A DNA stretch of 64,000 nucleotides. Source: an uncultured Chlamydiae bacterium. GTDB taxonomy: Bacteria; Chlamydiota; Chlamydiia; Chlamydiales; Parachlamydiaceae. The notes beneath the pieces were generated by a model. That model was not told where the DNA came from. It saw nothing but the letters and a program-made list of their open reading frames with translations, and made no database searches. The translations under genes were made by a program, and so were the position numbers. Every line of letters begins with the position of its first letter. Position 1 is the first letter of the stretch. The stretch spans positions 1 to 64,000 of the forward strand of contig CAWHMU010000047.1 in NCBI GenBank assembly GCA_963830365.1. Reading direction: 5' to 3'. Shown piece after piece: positions 1 to 11,085 of this stretch.

Positions 1-6
1 GATTAT

Positions 7-1941
7 TTGAAACATGTGCAGCAGCTAGCGTGCCGGCTTGACAGCCAGCCCGGCGCGCTGCAGGAATTGTTGCACTTCATAGAGATCAGCAAAGATAAAT
101 ATGTCTCCGAGCATGCCATGCAGGAGTTTTTTAAAGGGGAATATGCCTTTTACAGCGGATACTATGAAAGTGCGCTGAAGCATTATCTGCAGTGCAAATG
201 GCTGCCCGGCTTTGAGTTTTTCTGCTATCTGGCCTCGGCCCATGTGTCAAGAGCCCAGGGGCATAGCGATAAAGCCATGGCGTTTGCGCAGAAAGCCTTG
301 GAAATTAACCCTCAACATCATGTCTGCCTGATCCTTTTAGGCGAGCTGCTGGCACAAGCCGGTCAGCAGGAGGAAGCTCAAATTCTGAGGCGAAAAGCAC
401 AGGCACTGGCTGAAGAGATGCCGGCCGCAAAGACCATGCCATGGCCTCATGCCATTCATGAATATGCCATTGATGAACAGCCTGCCAAAATCAATATCAG
501 CGACGATGAAATTAATGAACTCGTCGGCATCTTCTCCGCCGCTCCGGCAGAGGAAGTCCTTTTTGCCAGCGAACAATCCCAACCGGCCAAAGCCTATTCG
601 CCGGTGTGTGTCGACCTCTTTGCGGCTAATCGTGAGGACGAAACCTTTCTTTTGGATACATGCATGGACGAACAGGCCTTGGAAAGACAGCCTGAAACCT
701 TCGAGTCTGCAACCTTCGAGGCTGCCGCATCCCGGCCGAATGCACCACTAGACGACGCGATGCACGCTTTCCACGCACGGCAAGCAGAGGTGATGGCCGA
801 CTATCTGGCGCATTGGAAAGCCAGGGCCCCTATTAAAGACTATTGCTTATATATGCTACAGGGTGCAGAAAACCCCTCCAACGACAGCCTTTCAGCAGAC
901 CTTTCTAAGTCGCTGAAATGGTCATTGCTGTCAGAAAATACCCACAAGCCAACGGGCGGGATTTTTCTGCGCTGGCAGGGCAAGGGCATCGTCATCAATC
1001 CCGGCAAGCATTTCCTAAGAAACTTTCATGGTTATGGTCTGCATCTCAATGACATAGATTTTATCATTGTCACTCAGGAAAGCCCTGATGCCTATACTGA
1101 TATCAAAGAAATCTATGACATGAATTATCAACTCAACCAAGCCGGTCAGAAGGCTGGGCAAGAGGGTGGAGGGCAAGAGCTTCACGTCATTAATTATTAT
1201 CTCAACCAGAAAGCTTATCAGGCCCTGACCGGGATTTTAAAGCCGCGCTTTAAGCAGGAGCGTCAAGCGCTGCATAACCTTGAAATTTTTATCGACTCCG
1301 ATATTGAAAAAATTGAGTTGTGCGCCGGCATCTGCCTGCATTACTTCCTGGCAGCTCCATCGACCACGAACAGGCATGCGCTTTATGCCGAACGCTCCCT
1401 CCCCTCATCCTGCTGCTTGGGTATCCGCCTTGATTTGACTTCATCCAGCCCGCTGTCAAAGCTAACTAACGACCGCCGGCAGGAACTAAATGTAGGCTAT
1501 ATTTCCGGAGCCAGATGGCTGCCTTCGCTAAGCCGCCATCTTGGAGCTTGCGATGTGCTCATCACCGGCATTGGCAATCCAAATAGTGCAGACTACAACA
1601 AGACGGCCTATCTCGAGCATCAGCTCGGATATTTTGGCGCACTTTCGTTGCTGAAGGAGCTGACACCCAAGCTTTTGTTATGCACGGAGTTTGGCGGACG
1701 GAATGGTGATATCCGCCTGGAAATGATCAAAAAGATGCGCCGCGAGCAGAGCCTGCTGCCGTCAAAATGCGCTTACACAAACATTTTACCGGCCGATAAG
1801 GGCCTGATTGTCGATTTGAAAACCATGTATGTAAAATGCTCGATCACCGGAGAATTTGTCGACGCTAAAGAGATCCATGTGATGCGTGCGGCCGATGTTT
1901 TCAGCCGTTTGCTCTACCTCTCTGAAGCCTGTTACCTCTAA
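7..1941 (+). CDS. TPR-repeat protein with C-terminal degenerate metallo-beta-lactamase-like fold; may start upstream of the window
   Basis: N-terminal TPR-like helices (GEYAFYSGYYESALKHY, AQKALEINPQH); MBL-like motifs GGIFLRWQGKGIVINPG and IDFIIVTQESPD; frame is open from base 1. Confidence 0.6.
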   Translation: MKHVQQLACRLDSQPGALQELLHFIEISKDKYVSEHAMQEFFKGEYAFYSGYYESALKHYLQCKWLPGFEFFCYLASAHVSRAQGHSDKAMAFAQKALEINPQHHVCLILLGELLAQAGQQEEAQILRRKAQALAEEMPAAKTMPWPHAIHEYAIDEQPAKINISDDEINELVGIFSAAPAEEVLFASEQSQPAKAYSPVCVDLFAANREDETFLLDTCMDEQALERQPETFESATFEAAASRPNAPLDDAMHAFHARQAEVMADYLAHWKARAPIKDYCLYMLQGAENPSNDSLSADLSKSLKWSLLSENTHKPTGGIFLRWQGKGIVINPGKHFLRNFHGYGLHLNDIDFIIVTQESPDAYTDIKEIYDMNYQLNQAGQKAGQEGGGQELHVINYYLNQKAYQALTGILKPRFKQERQALHNLEIFIDSDIEKIELCAGICLHYFLAAPSTTNRHALYAERSLPSSCCLGIRLDLTSSSPLSKLTNDRRQELNVGYISGARWLPSLSRHLGACDVLITGIGNPNSADYNKTAYLEHQLGYFGALSLLKELTPKLLLCTEFGGRNGDIRLEMIKKMRREQSLLPSKCAYTNILPADKGLIVDLKTMYVKCSITGEFVDAKEIHVMRAADVFSRLLYLSEACYL

Positions 1942-2301
1942 ACGGCGCTGACCTAAAGAATTAATCAGGATCTAATGAGAATTTGACATCTTGGACAGCG
2001 CGAAAGCTCCCGCGGTGGCATGGGCGGAAGACGGATTTCAAAGCAGTGTTGTATCCCTGACACAGCTCCTTTTAGTCTCTTTTGCCTCGGCAGTGAGATT
2101 TTGTGGCTTTTTGCATTTATGCTGGGTAAATGTTTTCTTTTTGCTTTTTTCAGGTTCTGATGCTTAGCGAGTTACCGATGGCATGGATATTTCATCGACA
2201 ATTTGCTTGCAGCCTAACATCACTCCTGTTAGATTTTGCGCATATCAGCCCCATAATAGGCTGTGGAAACGTTGTTCATAACTTTATAAGGACATAAATG
2301 C

Positions 2302-3645
2302 ATGCTGGCTTGTGATAATTGCGAAGCGTGGACTCAATTCATTCATTATGTCAAAGGCCGCACCTCGGCTACAGCGTTTGGCAACTGGCTGGCACCGATC
2401 AATGTGCTAGACTCTGCCGCCGAAGAAATCACTTTGGAAATCCCGAACGTTTTTGTTCAGGAATACCTATTGTCCAATTACAAGAAAGATTTATGTGCCT
2501 TTCTGCCGGTTAATGTCGATGGCGAGCCGGCCATAAAATTTGTGGTGGCTGCCCAGCAGAAAAAAATGAGCATGCCTATGCCGGCACCCGTTAAGTCGGA
2601 ACCTGTCCAGGCCGCCAATTCCTATGAAGTTAAACTCAATCCTAACTATCGTTTCGAAACGTTCATTGAAGGCCCGACCAATCAATTTGTAAAATCAGCC
2701 GCCATGGGCGTGGCATCCCGTCCAGGCATGTCCTATAACCCGCTTTTTATCCATGGCGGGGTGGGGCTTGGCAAGACCCATATTTTGCATAGCATCGGCC
2801 ACCATATCTGTGAGAATAACAAGAAGCTGCGTGTGCAGTGCATCACGACGGAAGCTTTTATCAATGAACTCGTCGATAGTTTGCGCAACAAATCCATTGA
2901 CCGCATGAAGCGTTTCTACCGCTCGGATGTCGATGTCCTGCTCGTCGATGATATCCAGTTCCTGCAAAACCGCCTCAATTTTGAAGAGGAATTCTGCAAT
3001 ACTTTTGAAACCTTGATTAACCAGAATAAGCAGATCGTCATCACCAGCGATAAGGCGCCATCGCAGCTCAAACTATCCGAAAGGATGACTGCCCGTATGG
3101 AATGGGGTCTTGTTGCCCATGTGGGGGTGCCTGAACTGGAAACGCGCGTGGCCATCATCCAGCATAAGGCCCAGCAGAAAGGGCTCGATATACCCAACAA
3201 TATTGCTTTCTTCATCGCCGAACATATCTATAATAACGTGCGTCAAATTGAAGGTGCCGTCAATCGCTTAAGCGCGCATTGCCGTCTGATGGATCTGACA
3301 ATCACCGAAGATCTGGTACAGAAAACGCTGCGTGAGATGCTGCAGCAGGCTCCTGGCCAGAAGATCTCGGTGGAGCAGATTTTGAAATGCGTGGCCGCAG
3401 TTTTCCAGGTGAGGGTAAGCGATTTGAAAGGCACGACTCGCATTAAAGAGGTCGTGCTGCCGCGCCAAGTCGCCATGTACCTGGCCTGGAAGTGGATCAA
3501 TGAATCGCTCCAGATGCTCGGCGCCTCGTTCGGCAAAACACATTCAACCATTTTACATGCCTGCAAGAATATCGAAAAGAAAATCGCCGATGACGATACC
3601 TTGCGACGTCAAATCAATATGGTCGAACGCAATATCAGTACATAA
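2302..3645 (+). CDS. dnaA: chromosomal replication initiator DnaA (chlamydial type)
   Basis: [16 protein letters not shown]alker A, LLVDDIQF Walker B, PRQVAMYL and HSTILHA domain IV. Confidence 0.98.
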   Translation: MLACDNCEAWTQFIHYVKGRTSATAFGNWLAPINVLDSAAEEITLEIPNVFVQEYLLSNYKKDLCAFLPVNVDGEPAIKFVVAAQQKKMSMPMPAPVKSEPVQAANSYEVKLNPNYRFETFIEGPTNQFVKSAAMGVASRPGMSYNPLFIHGGVGLGKTHILHSIGHHICENNKKLRVQCITTEAFINELVDSLRNKSIDRMKRFYRSDVDVLLVDDIQFLQNRLNFEEEFCNTFETLINQNKQIVITSDKAPSQLKLSERMTARMEWGLVAHVGVPELETRVAIIQHKAQQKGLDIPNNIAFFIAEHIYNNVRQIEGAVNRLSAHCRLMDLTITEDLVQKTLREMLQQAPGQKISVEQILKCVAAVFQVRVSDLKGTTRIKEVVLPRQVAMYLAWKWINESLQMLGASFGKTHSTILHACKNIEKKIADDDTLRRQINMVERNIST

Positions 3646-3671
3646 ACACCAGTAAACTGAGGATGTTCTTT

Positions 3672-5123
3672 ATGCCGCAAGCAGATATCGGCCTTATTGG
3701 CCTGGCCGTCATGGGTCAAAATTTAGCCCTCAACATGAACGATCATGGCTTTGATGTGGCTGTCTTCAACCGTACGGTCTCTAAAGTCGATGATTTCTTG
3801 CAAGGGCCGGCCAAAGGCACTAAACTTCAAGGCGCCCATTCCCTTGAGGAGTTCATCGGCATGCTTAAAAGGCCGCGCCGCATCATCCTGATGGTTAAGG
3901 CGGGCGAGGCGGTGGATGAATTCATCGAGCTCTGCCTGCCCCACCTTGAGAAAGGCGATATCCTGATCGATGGCGGCAACAGTCTTTTCACAGATACCGA
4001 GCGGCGTGTGCAGGCGCTGAAAGACAAAGGCATCATCTTCATCGGCGCCGGTATTTCAGGCGGCGAGGAAGGCGCACGCCATGGTCCTTCGATCATGCCG
4101 GGTGGCAATCCCGACGGCTGGCCGCATGTCAAAGCCATCTTCCAAGGCATCGCTGCTAAGGCCGATGGCGGACAGCCCTGCTGCGATTGGGTCGGCGAGG
4201 GCGGCGCAGGTCATTATGTCAAGATGGTGCATAACGGGATTGAATATGGCGACATGCAACTGATCTGTGAAGCGTACAATCTGCTGAAAACAGGACTTGG
4301 ACTTTCTGCCGACGAGCTGCAGGCAGTCTTTGACAAGTGGAACAAGCGGCAGCTGAACAGCTACTTAATCGAGATCACCGGCCATATCTTCTCGGTCAAA
4401 GATACCGATGGCAAGCCCCTGCTGGATAAGATCTTGGATGTGGCCGGACAGAAAGGTACCGGCAAATGGACGGTGATTAACGCCTTGGATATGGGCATGC
4501 CTCTGACATTGATCAGCGAAGCCGTCTTTGCCCGCTGCCTGTCGGCGATCAAAGACGAACGCGTCGAGGCCAGCCGCGTATTGAGCGGTCCGCAGCCCTG
4601 TTTTAAAGGCAATAAGCAAGAGTTTATCGATAATATCGAGCAGGCGCTGTATGCCTCAAAAATCATCAGTTATGCGCAAGGCTTCATGCTATTCCGCCAT
4701 GCCGCTGAAGAATACCATTGGAAACTCAATTATGGCGGCATCGCCCTGATGTGGCGAGGGGGATGCATCATCCGCAGCCATTTCCTGAATGACATTAAAG
4801 CAGCCTTTGATAAAGACCCTGCCTTAAAGAATTTATTGATGGCCGACTTCTTCAGCACAGAGCTGAAAACCGCTCAAACAGGCTGGCGCAAAGTTATCGC
4901 GGCCGCGGCTGAAATGGGCATCCCCATTCCTTGTTTCAGCACCGCGCTGTCGTTTTATGATGGCTACCGCGCGCCGCAACTGCCGGCCAACCTGCTGCAG
5001 GCGCAAAGGGATTATTTCGGCGCGCATACCTATGAGCGCATCGACAAGCCGCGCGGTCAATTTTTCCATACCAACTGGACCGGCACCGGCGGCAATGTGA
5101 GCTCCACCACCTATAACGCGTAA
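3672..5123 (+). CDS. gnd: 6-phosphogluconate dehydrogenase (decarboxylating)
   Basis: IGLIGLAVMGQNL, KMVHNGIEYGDMQ, QAQRDYFGAHTY; alternative start at 3663. Confidence 0.98.
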   Translation: MPQADIGLIGLAVMGQNLALNMNDHGFDVAVFNRTVSKVDDFLQGPAKGTKLQGAHSLEEFIGMLKRPRRIILMVKAGEAVDEFIELCLPHLEKGDILIDGGNSLFTDTERRVQALKDKGIIFIGAGISGGEEGARHGPSIMPGGNPDGWPHVKAIFQGIAAKADGGQPCCDWVGEGGAGHYVKMVHNGIEYGDMQLICEAYNLLKTGLGLSADELQAVFDKWNKRQLNSYLIEITGHIFSVKDTDGKPLLDKILDVAGQKGTGKWTVINALDMGMPLTLISEAVFARCLSAIKDERVEASRVLSGPQPCFKGNKQEFIDNIEQALYASKIISYAQGFMLFRHAAEEYHWKLNYGGIALMWRGGCIIRSHFLNDIKAAFDKDPALKNLLMADFFSTELKTAQTGWRKVIAAAAEMGIPIPCFSTALSFYDGYRAPQLPANLLQAQRDYFGAHTYERIDKPRGQFFHTNWTGTGGNVSSTTYNA

Positions 5124-5140
5124 AGCCCGTGCCTCTCGGA

Positions 5141-5445
5141 CCTGCATGCAAATTTCACCACAGAGGCGCAGAGACACAGAGGCGCAGAGACACAGAGGCG
5201 CAGAGACACAGAGACTCAGAGAGGGGGTTGCCTGTTTGAAGCATACGCATCAAGCTAACTCTGCATCATCGCGTTTCTGCGGCTCTGCGTTGAAATGGAT
5301 TCACAGTCTGTTACTAGGTACAATGGTTCAAATTCTTGAGTAAAGTTATATTCAAAAAAAACGCAGAGTTAGCCTGATGCTATGCTTTAATCAGGCAGTC
5401 TCCTCTCTGTGTCTCTGTGCCTCTGTGGTGAAATTTGCGTGCAGG
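5141..5445. repeat. palindromic element, CACAGAG family copy 1; left arm has 3x 16-bp tandem CACAGAGGCGCAGAGA
   Basis: cctgcatgcaaatttcaccacagagg... pairs with ...cctctgtggtgaaatttgcgtgcagg; inner arms gcatcaagctaactctgc / gcagagttagcctgatgc. Confidence 0.9.
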
Positions 5446-5474
5446 CAAGGCTACCGGCAGTTTGATATGACCGG

Positions 5475-6056
5475 CTAACCGGAACTCTGTAGCAATTCGG
5501 CCAGATGCCTGTCGATGGCATTTTCCTGCTCCTGCAGCTCTTTAGCCGCTTGCCGTTCGGCTTGGAATTGGCTAAAGCGGCTGGCGCGTGCCTGTGTGAT
5601 CTCGGCGGCCTTGGTTTCGGCCGTCAGTTTGGCTTTGAGTTCTTTTTGCTTCTTAATATTCAAATTGTCGACGACGAGGCCTAATTTCAGGTGCAGCCTG
5701 AAATTTAGCTCCGGACTGAAAAATGTTCCGAGCAGCAGTGTCGAGGCGAGGCCGATAATGAGCTTACAGACATGCAGCAAGTTGTTTTTCAAATTATTCA
5801 GGCTGGCTGGCAATTTGTTGAGGTTGGTTGCCAGGCGCGATTTTGGAAAAAGAGCGGAGATGGTTTTTATGGATATGTTGCCTAGGGTATCGCCGAATTT
5901 AAGGCCGACATTCAACGAGCTGTAGGCGATGGCAAACGTTTCGATGACGCTGCCAGCTACGCCTCCCAAGCGTGTCAGCACGATCCTTGTAGCCGGGCGC
6001 TGCTCGGGTTCGCCCCATTCATGGATGCGGTTGAAAAGGGCGTTAATAGCCAGCAT
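5475..6056 (-). CDS. hypothetical protein, hydrophobic N-half and coiled-coil C-terminus
   Basis: 193-aa ORF downstream of plsC with upstream AGGA. Confidence 0.65.
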   Translation of the reverse strand: MLAINALFNRIHEWGEPEQRPATRIVLTRLGGVAGSVIETFAIAYSSLNVGLKFGDTLGNISIKTISALFPKSRLATNLNKLPASLNNLKNNLLHVCKLIIGLASTLLLGTFFSPELNFRLHLKLGLVVDNLNIKKQKELKAKLTAETKAAEITQARASRFSQFQAERQAAKELQEQENAIDRHLAELLQSSG

Positions 6057-6080
6057 AAGTTGATTCCTTAATATTGTAGG

Positions 6081-6728
6081 TCAGGGTGGAGAACCGACAG
6101 CGCCGTCTTCATACCATGCGTTGAGAGCTTCAAGAGCCTCCTGCAAACGGATGGTGAGGCTGACGAGGGCTTCTTCCTTTTCCAGGGCCATATAGTCTTG
6201 CCATTTTATCGGCGACCCAATGATACAGGCGGTCTTTCCCCATAGCTTGGGAAAATAATGTGTCTTATTGAAAATGTCATATGCCCCATGGATATAGACA
6301 GGCACAATAGGGGCTTGGGCGGTGAGGGCCAGCAGGGCGGCGCCTTGCTTAAGGTGTGCCAACCTGCCATCTAAAGAACGGTGTCCCTCGGGGAAAATAA
6401 CGATTTTTTTATCCTGCGCCAGCAAGTCAATAGCCACCTGGAGCGCCTCCAGCCGGTTAAGGGGCTTTTGATCGATGGGATAAGCGTTCAACCTCTTTAT
6501 AATAGGGCCTAGCAAGGGGGTGAAAAGGGTTTTACGCGCCAGAAAGACCAGCTCTTCAGGATGGGAGGAGATGCCCAGCAGGATGGGATCGAGCGCTGAA
6601 GTGTGGTTGGCGGCGATAATAGCTTTCCCTTTAGGCAAGTGTTCTACACCATGAACGGCATGTCCATAGAGTATCCGGCACCAGGTATTGGTCAGGTAAT
6701 AGAGGCTTCTATAAAGCAGATGCATCAA
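6081..6728 (-). CDS. plsC: 1-acyl-sn-glycerol-3-phosphate acyltransferase
   Basis: NHTSALD and FPEGHRS acyltransferase motifs. Confidence 0.93.
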   Translation of the reverse strand: MMHLLYRSLYYLTNTWCRILYGHAVHGVEHLPKGKAIIAANHTSALDPILLGISSHPEELVFLARKTLFTPLLGPIIKRLNAYPIDQKPLNRLEALQVAIDLLAQDKKIVIFPEGHRSLDGRLAHLKQGAALLALTAQAPIVPVYIHGAYDIFNKTHYFPKLWGKTACIIGSPIKWQDYMALEKEEALVSLTIRLQEALEALNAWYEDGAVGSPP

Positions 6729-7417
6729 TGCGCTGGTAGCTGGCGGGTTTTCATGGAGTCTTTAAACTCCAAAATTTTGAGGATGACTTCATCTATTGTC
6801 AAGTTGGAGGTGTCGAGCACTAAAGCGTCCGGAGCTTCCTTTAGAGGGGATAACTCCCTTTTGCTGTCATAGGCATCGCGCGCATTGATATCTTCGATGA
6901 CTTGTGCCATGGTCAGCATGGTGGTGTCTTCCGGAAATTTGGTCCGCAGCTCGGCAAAGCGCCGCGCCGCGCGCACTTCCGGTTTGCCGGTTAAGAAAAG
7001 TTTCAATTGGGCGTTGGGAAATACGACAGTGCCCATATCGCGCCCTTCAAAGACAGCATTGACGCCAACAGCTAGGTCTTGCTGCATGGAGATCAATTTC
7101 TTGCGCACCGCCGGGATGGCAGAGACTTTGGAAACCAATGAGGTAACTGCCGGACCGCGGATTTTCAAAGAGACATCTTCGTCATCGACAAAATAACACC
7201 TCTCGCCGCGCCGGATTTTATAATCAAATTTGAAATTATCAAGGCATTTAGCCAATGCAGCCGCATCGTCGATATTGATTTTATTTTTAAGCAGCGCATA
7301 CGTCAGGCAGCGATACATCGCGCCGGTATCGAAAAAAATATATCCTATGCGGCGGGCCAGCTCTTTGGCGATGGTACTTTTGCCTGTGGCAATGAATCCG
7401 TCGATGGTGATGATCAT
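6725..7417 (-). CDS. cmk: cytidylate kinase
   Basis: IDGFIATGKST, DTGAMYR, EGRDMGTVVFP. Confidence 0.97.
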   Translation of the reverse strand: MIITIDGFIATGKSTIAKELARRIGYIFFDTGAMYRCLTYALLKNKINIDDAAALAKCLDNFKFDYKIRRGERCYFVDDEDVSLKIRGPAVTSLVSKVSAIPAVRKKLISMQQDLAVGVNAVFEGRDMGTVVFPNAQLKLFLTGKPEVRAARRFAELRTKFPEDTTMLTMAQVIEDINARDAYDSKRELSPLKEAPDALVLDTSNLTIDEVILKILEFKDSMKTRQLPAH

Positions 7418-7430
7418 AAGCTAAACCTCG

Positions 7431-8294
7431 TTATTGACTCTTAAGAAAAATATAGACCAACGGCGCTGTAAAGACAAGCGAATCGACGATATCCAATATT
7501 CCTCCAAGCCCCGGCAGCCGGTTGCTGTCTTTGATGCCCCCATCGCGTTTCAGCAGTGACTCCGCCAGATCCCCTAATTCAGCCAAGATGGCAATACCGG
7601 CTCCCAGCCAGACGCTCTGCCATAAGGTGAGGCTGAAATCAGCTCCCGCGATTTTAGCCGCCAGCGTCATCACCACACTCATGCCGATGGCCACGCAAAA
7701 ACCGCCCAAGGCACCTTCCCAGGACTTGTTTGGACTGATATAAGGGGCAAGTTTCTGCCGCCCGAATTTCCGGCCGATGATAAATGCCGCCGTATCGGTC
7801 ATCTTGGTGACGCCGAGAAGATAAGCGATCCACCAGCGTCCATCTTGCGCGCCGCTCTGGCTGAAAAAATAGGTGATGCTGATGATGCAGCTTAACGGCA
7901 CTGCCAGATAGGCAAAGCAGAAAACGCTGCTGGCAAGGTTGAGGAAAGGGGACTGTCCTTTCACAAAGTAATAAATGAAAAAACTAAGCAAAGAGCCTAA
8001 TAAAACAATTTCAGGCAGGCAGTTAAACTGGGCATATTGTGTGTTTAAGGCCACGGCCAAGGCATATAATACGCCGGCGCCGATGCATAGTTTGCCGGCG
8101 GGCTGCAAATTCTTGGCATAGGCGATCTGTAGGCATTCCCACATGGATGCGCCGATGATGCCCGCGATCAAGGCCACGGTGATGGGCTTAAAGGCCGGCG
8201 CTTGGGACAGCAAGATCAGGATCAGGGCGGCCAGGGCGGCTACGCCTCCGCCGATGATGCGCTGTTGTAAATGATTCAATTTATTAAAAATCAT
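7431..8294 (-). CDS. cdsA: phosphatidate cytidylyltransferase
   Basis: ISPNKSWEG, GDLAESLLKRDGGIKDS, GGILDIVDS. Confidence 0.96.
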   Translation of the reverse strand: MIFNKLNHLQQRIIGGGVAALAALILILLSQAPAFKPITVALIAGIIGASMWECLQIAYAKNLQPAGKLCIGAGVLYALAVALNTQYAQFNCLPEIVLLGSLLSFFIYYFVKGQSPFLNLASSVFCFAYLAVPLSCIISITYFFSQSGAQDGRWWIAYLLGVTKMTDTAAFIIGRKFGRQKLAPYISPNKSWEGALGGFCVAIGMSVVMTLAAKIAGADFSLTLWQSVWLGAGIAILAELGDLAESLLKRDGGIKDSNRLPGLGGILDIVDSLVFTAPLVYIFLKSQ

Positions 8295-9031
8295 GGTCCT
8301 CCCCAGCGTCTTTCGCGTCCTTGAAAATCTGCGACCGCTGCAAGTAAATCGGCAGGTTTAAAATCGGGCCACAGCACATCGGTGAAATAAATTTCTGTAT
8401 AAGCCATCTGCCAAAGCAAGTAATTGCTTAGGCGCATTTCACCGCTTGTGCGAATAAATAGTTCAGGATCGCCCCAAGGAGCTGTATCCAGATAGCTTGC
8501 AATGAGCGCTTCTGTAATCTGTTCCTTGTGGATTTTCCCATCGTTTGAGTCATCGATAATTTTATGCAGCACGCGCCTGATTTCATCGCGCGCGCCATAG
8601 TTCAAAGCCACCACCATATTGATGTCTTGGCACTGGGCTGTCGCCCGGCGCGTCTCTTCAATGGCTATTAGCGCCTCTTGAGGCAAAGCCTCAAGATTGC
8701 CGATGGTGCTGAATCTTACGCCGGTGGTCTGCATATCCAAACGGTTTTCGTTCAAAAAGTCTTGTAACAACCACATCAGGATATTAATTTCCTCGCGCGA
8801 ACGGCTCCAGTTCTCTGTCGAAAAGCAGAAAAACGTGATCGTCTTGATTCCCAGTGCTTTAGCCGCTTTGACGATTTCAATCAAAGTGCTGGCGCCTTGG
8901 AAGTGCCCTTTTTCGGATTCTTCACGCTTTTTTGCTGCCCAGCGGCGGTTGCCGTCGGGAATGATGGCCACATGATTAGGGAGGCGCGTTTTATCCAGGC
9001 TGGCCAACTGTTCGGGAGTGAATATATGCAT
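8291..9031 (-). CDS. uppS: isoprenyl transferase (undecaprenyl diphosphate synthase)
   Basis: HVAIIPDGNRRWA, FSTENWSR, RTSGEMRLSNYLLWQ; ATG at 9031 avoids overlap with lepA. Confidence 0.96.
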   Translation of the reverse strand: MHIFTPEQLASLDKTRLPNHVAIIPDGNRRWAAKKREESEKGHFQGASTLIEIVKAAKALGIKTITFFCFSTENWSRSREEINILMWLLQDFLNENRLDMQTTGVRFSTIGNLEALPQEALIAIEETRRATAQCQDINMVVALNYGARDEIRRVLHKIIDDSNDGKIHKEQITEALIASYLDTAPWGDPELFIRTSGEMRLSNYLLWQMAYTEIYFTDVLWPDFKPADLLAAVADFQGRERRWGGP

Positions 9032-9035
9032 AGGA

Positions 9036-10850
9036 TCAATCACCGGCTTTAAGAACTTCCATGAAGGCATTTTGAGGGATATTTACTCTGCCAATTTCCT
9101 TCATCCTCTTTTTACCCTCTTTCTGTTTGTCCCACAGCTTGCGTTTGCGTGAGATGTCGCCGCCATAGCACTTGGCTGTAACGTTCTTGGTGATGGCGCG
9201 GATGGTTTCGCGGGCCACAATTTTGCTGCCGATGGCGGCCTGGATAGGCACTTTAAACAGCTGCTGCGGGATCACCTCTACAAGCTTTTTACAGATGGCG
9301 CGTCCTTTGGCTTCGGCTTTGGTACTGTGGACCAGGCATGAAAAGGCATCCACAGGCTCTTCATTGACGCGGATTTCAAGCTTGATGATGTCGCCTTTCT
9401 CATAATTCTCGAATTCGTAGTCGAAAGAGCCGTAGCCGCGTGTAATCGATTTCAATTTGTCATTGAAGTCTGTGATGATCTCGTTGAGCGGCAGGTGATA
9501 GGTCAGCATCAGACGATGGGCGTCCAGCGTCTCTGTTTTGACGCAGGTGCCGCGTTTGTCCATTCCCAGGCTCATCACGCCGCCAAGGTATTCGGCAGGT
9601 ACGATGATATGTGATTTTACCCATGGCTCTTCCACCCATGCAATGGAGGCCGGATCGGGGTAATGGGCAGGGTTGTCAACTTCCTTGACCGAGCCATCGC
9701 CCAAAGTGAATTTATAAACCACGCTTGGCGCGGTTGAGATGATATCGACGTTGAATTCGCGCTGGATCCGCTCGAAGATGATTTCAAGGTGCAGCAAGCC
9801 CAGAAAGCCGCAGCGGAAGCCGAAGCCCAAAGCTGTGCTGCTTTCCTGCTCCAGGTGCAGGGCTGCATCATTCAGTTGCAGCCTATCCAGGGCATCGCGC
9901 AGGGCTTCAAAATCGCCTGAATCGATGGGGTAGATGCCCGCAAAGACGACAGGGGTAATGTGGCGGAAGCCCGGCAGAGGTTCCTTGGCGGGTTTTTTAT
10001 GCAGTGTAATAGTGTCGCCGACTTTGACATCCGACGGAGCTTTGATATTGGCTATGATGTAGCCTACTTCGCCCGGGCGCAATTGTTCCACAGGGACTTC
10101 ATGGGGGGTGAAGACGCCCACTTCCAGGATTTCAAAGCTCTTGTCGGTGGCCATCATCTTGATGTGCGAGCCTTTCTTGATGGTGCCGCTCATGATGCGC
10201 ACATAGACCATGACGCCGCGATAGGGGTCGTAATGGGAGTCAAAGACTAAGGCTCTTAGGGTGTCGTCGGGGGGCTCTTTTGGCGGCGGGACATCGCGCA
10301 GCAGGCGTTCCAGGATTTCCTCGATGCCGATGCCTGATTTGGCCGAGCAGCCGATGGCATCTGAGGCATCCAGGCCGATGACTTCTTCGATTTGGCGTTT
10401 GACGCCTTCAATATCGGCGGTGGGCAGGTCGATTTTGTTGATGACGGGCACGATTTCCAAATTGCGGTCGAGTGCCAAATGCACGTTGGCTAATGTCTGC
10501 GCCTGCACGCCTTGGCCGGCATCGATGACTAGCAGGGCGCCTTCGCAGGCGGCCAGGGAGCGGGATACTTCATAGGCGAAGTCGACATGTCCGGGGGTGT
10601 CGATGAGGTTGATCTGATAAGTGATGCCATCTTTAGCTTTGTAGTGCATCATCACAGGATGCGCTTTGATGGTGATGCCGCGCTCTCTTTCCAGATCCAT
10701 GGCATCTAGCACTTGGGCTTGCATATCACGTGCGGCCACGGTATGCGTCAGTTCCAGCAGGCGGTCGGCGATAGTGGATTTGCCATGGTCGATGTGGGCA
10801 ATGATCGAGAAATTGCGGATTTTTTTTATATCGTAAGAATCTTGTTTCAT
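9036..10850 (-). CDS. lepA: elongation factor 4 (LepA)
   Basis: [37 protein letters not shown]; likely start MKQDSY. Confidence 0.98.
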   Translation of the reverse strand: MKQDSYDIKKIRNFSIIAHIDHGKSTIADRLLELTHTVAARDMQAQVLDAMDLERERGITIKAHPVMMHYKAKDGITYQINLIDTPGHVDFAYEVSRSLAACEGALLVIDAGQGVQAQTLANVHLALDRNLEIVPVINKIDLPTADIEGVKRQIEEVIGLDASDAIGCSAKSGIGIEEILERLLRDVPPPKEPPDDTLRALVFDSHYDPYRGVMVYVRIMSGTIKKGSHIKMMATDKSFEILEVGVFTPHEVPVEQLRPGEVGYIIANIKAPSDVKVGDTITLHKKPAKEPLPGFRHITPVVFAGIYPIDSGDFEALRDALDRLQLNDAALHLEQESSTALGFGFRCGFLGLLHLEIIFERIQREFNVDIISTAPSVVYKFTLGDGSVKEVDNPAHYPDPASIAWVEEPWVKSHIIVPAEYLGGVMSLGMDKRGTCVKTETLDAHRLMLTYHLPLNEIITDFNDKLKSITRGYGSFDYEFENYEKGDIIKLEIRVNEEPVDAFSCLVHSTKAEAKGRAICKKLVEVIPQQLFKVPIQAAIGSKIVARETIRAITKNVTAKCYGGDISRKRKLWDKQKEGKKRMKEIGRVNIPQNAFMEVLKAGD

Positions 10851-10952
10851 CTGTCTACAGTTTCTAGGTTTTATTAAAGTTAAGCTAATTAAGGGTAGAG
10901 CATTGCGATTAACATTGCAAGCCCTAGTGATCAAGTCGTACCCGGTCTTAAA

Positions 10953-11058
10953 TCCGTGCCTGTGCGGGTGTATGTGCCCGTGCCCGAATTCAAGTAAGAA
11001 ACTTAGGTCTAAGTGCCTTTGGAATTTTGGTGCGGGCCGGATTAAGGCCGGGCATGGG
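10953..11058. repeat. degenerate GTGCCC-periodic inverted repeat pair
   Basis: gtgcctgtgcgggtgtatgtgcccgtgcccgaatt ... aattttggtgcgggccggattaaggccgggcatggg; same motif borders elements near 25371 and 28835. Confidence 0.55.
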
Positions 11059-11085
11059 TAGTTAAACTATACTTTCTGCCAACGT

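Noticed and set aside
1942..2301. oriC next to dnaA
   Set aside because: No cluster of good DnaA boxes or clear unwinding element is visible
5159..5222. Possible CRISPR array from the CACAGAGGCGCAGAGA repeats
   Set aside because: Units are contiguous with no unique spacers, belong to a palindromic element, and no cas genes are present
5146..5343. Short ORFs reading TEAQRHRE (also near 25256-25781 and 50917)
   Set aside because: They are translations of the repeat arms with no independent coding evidence
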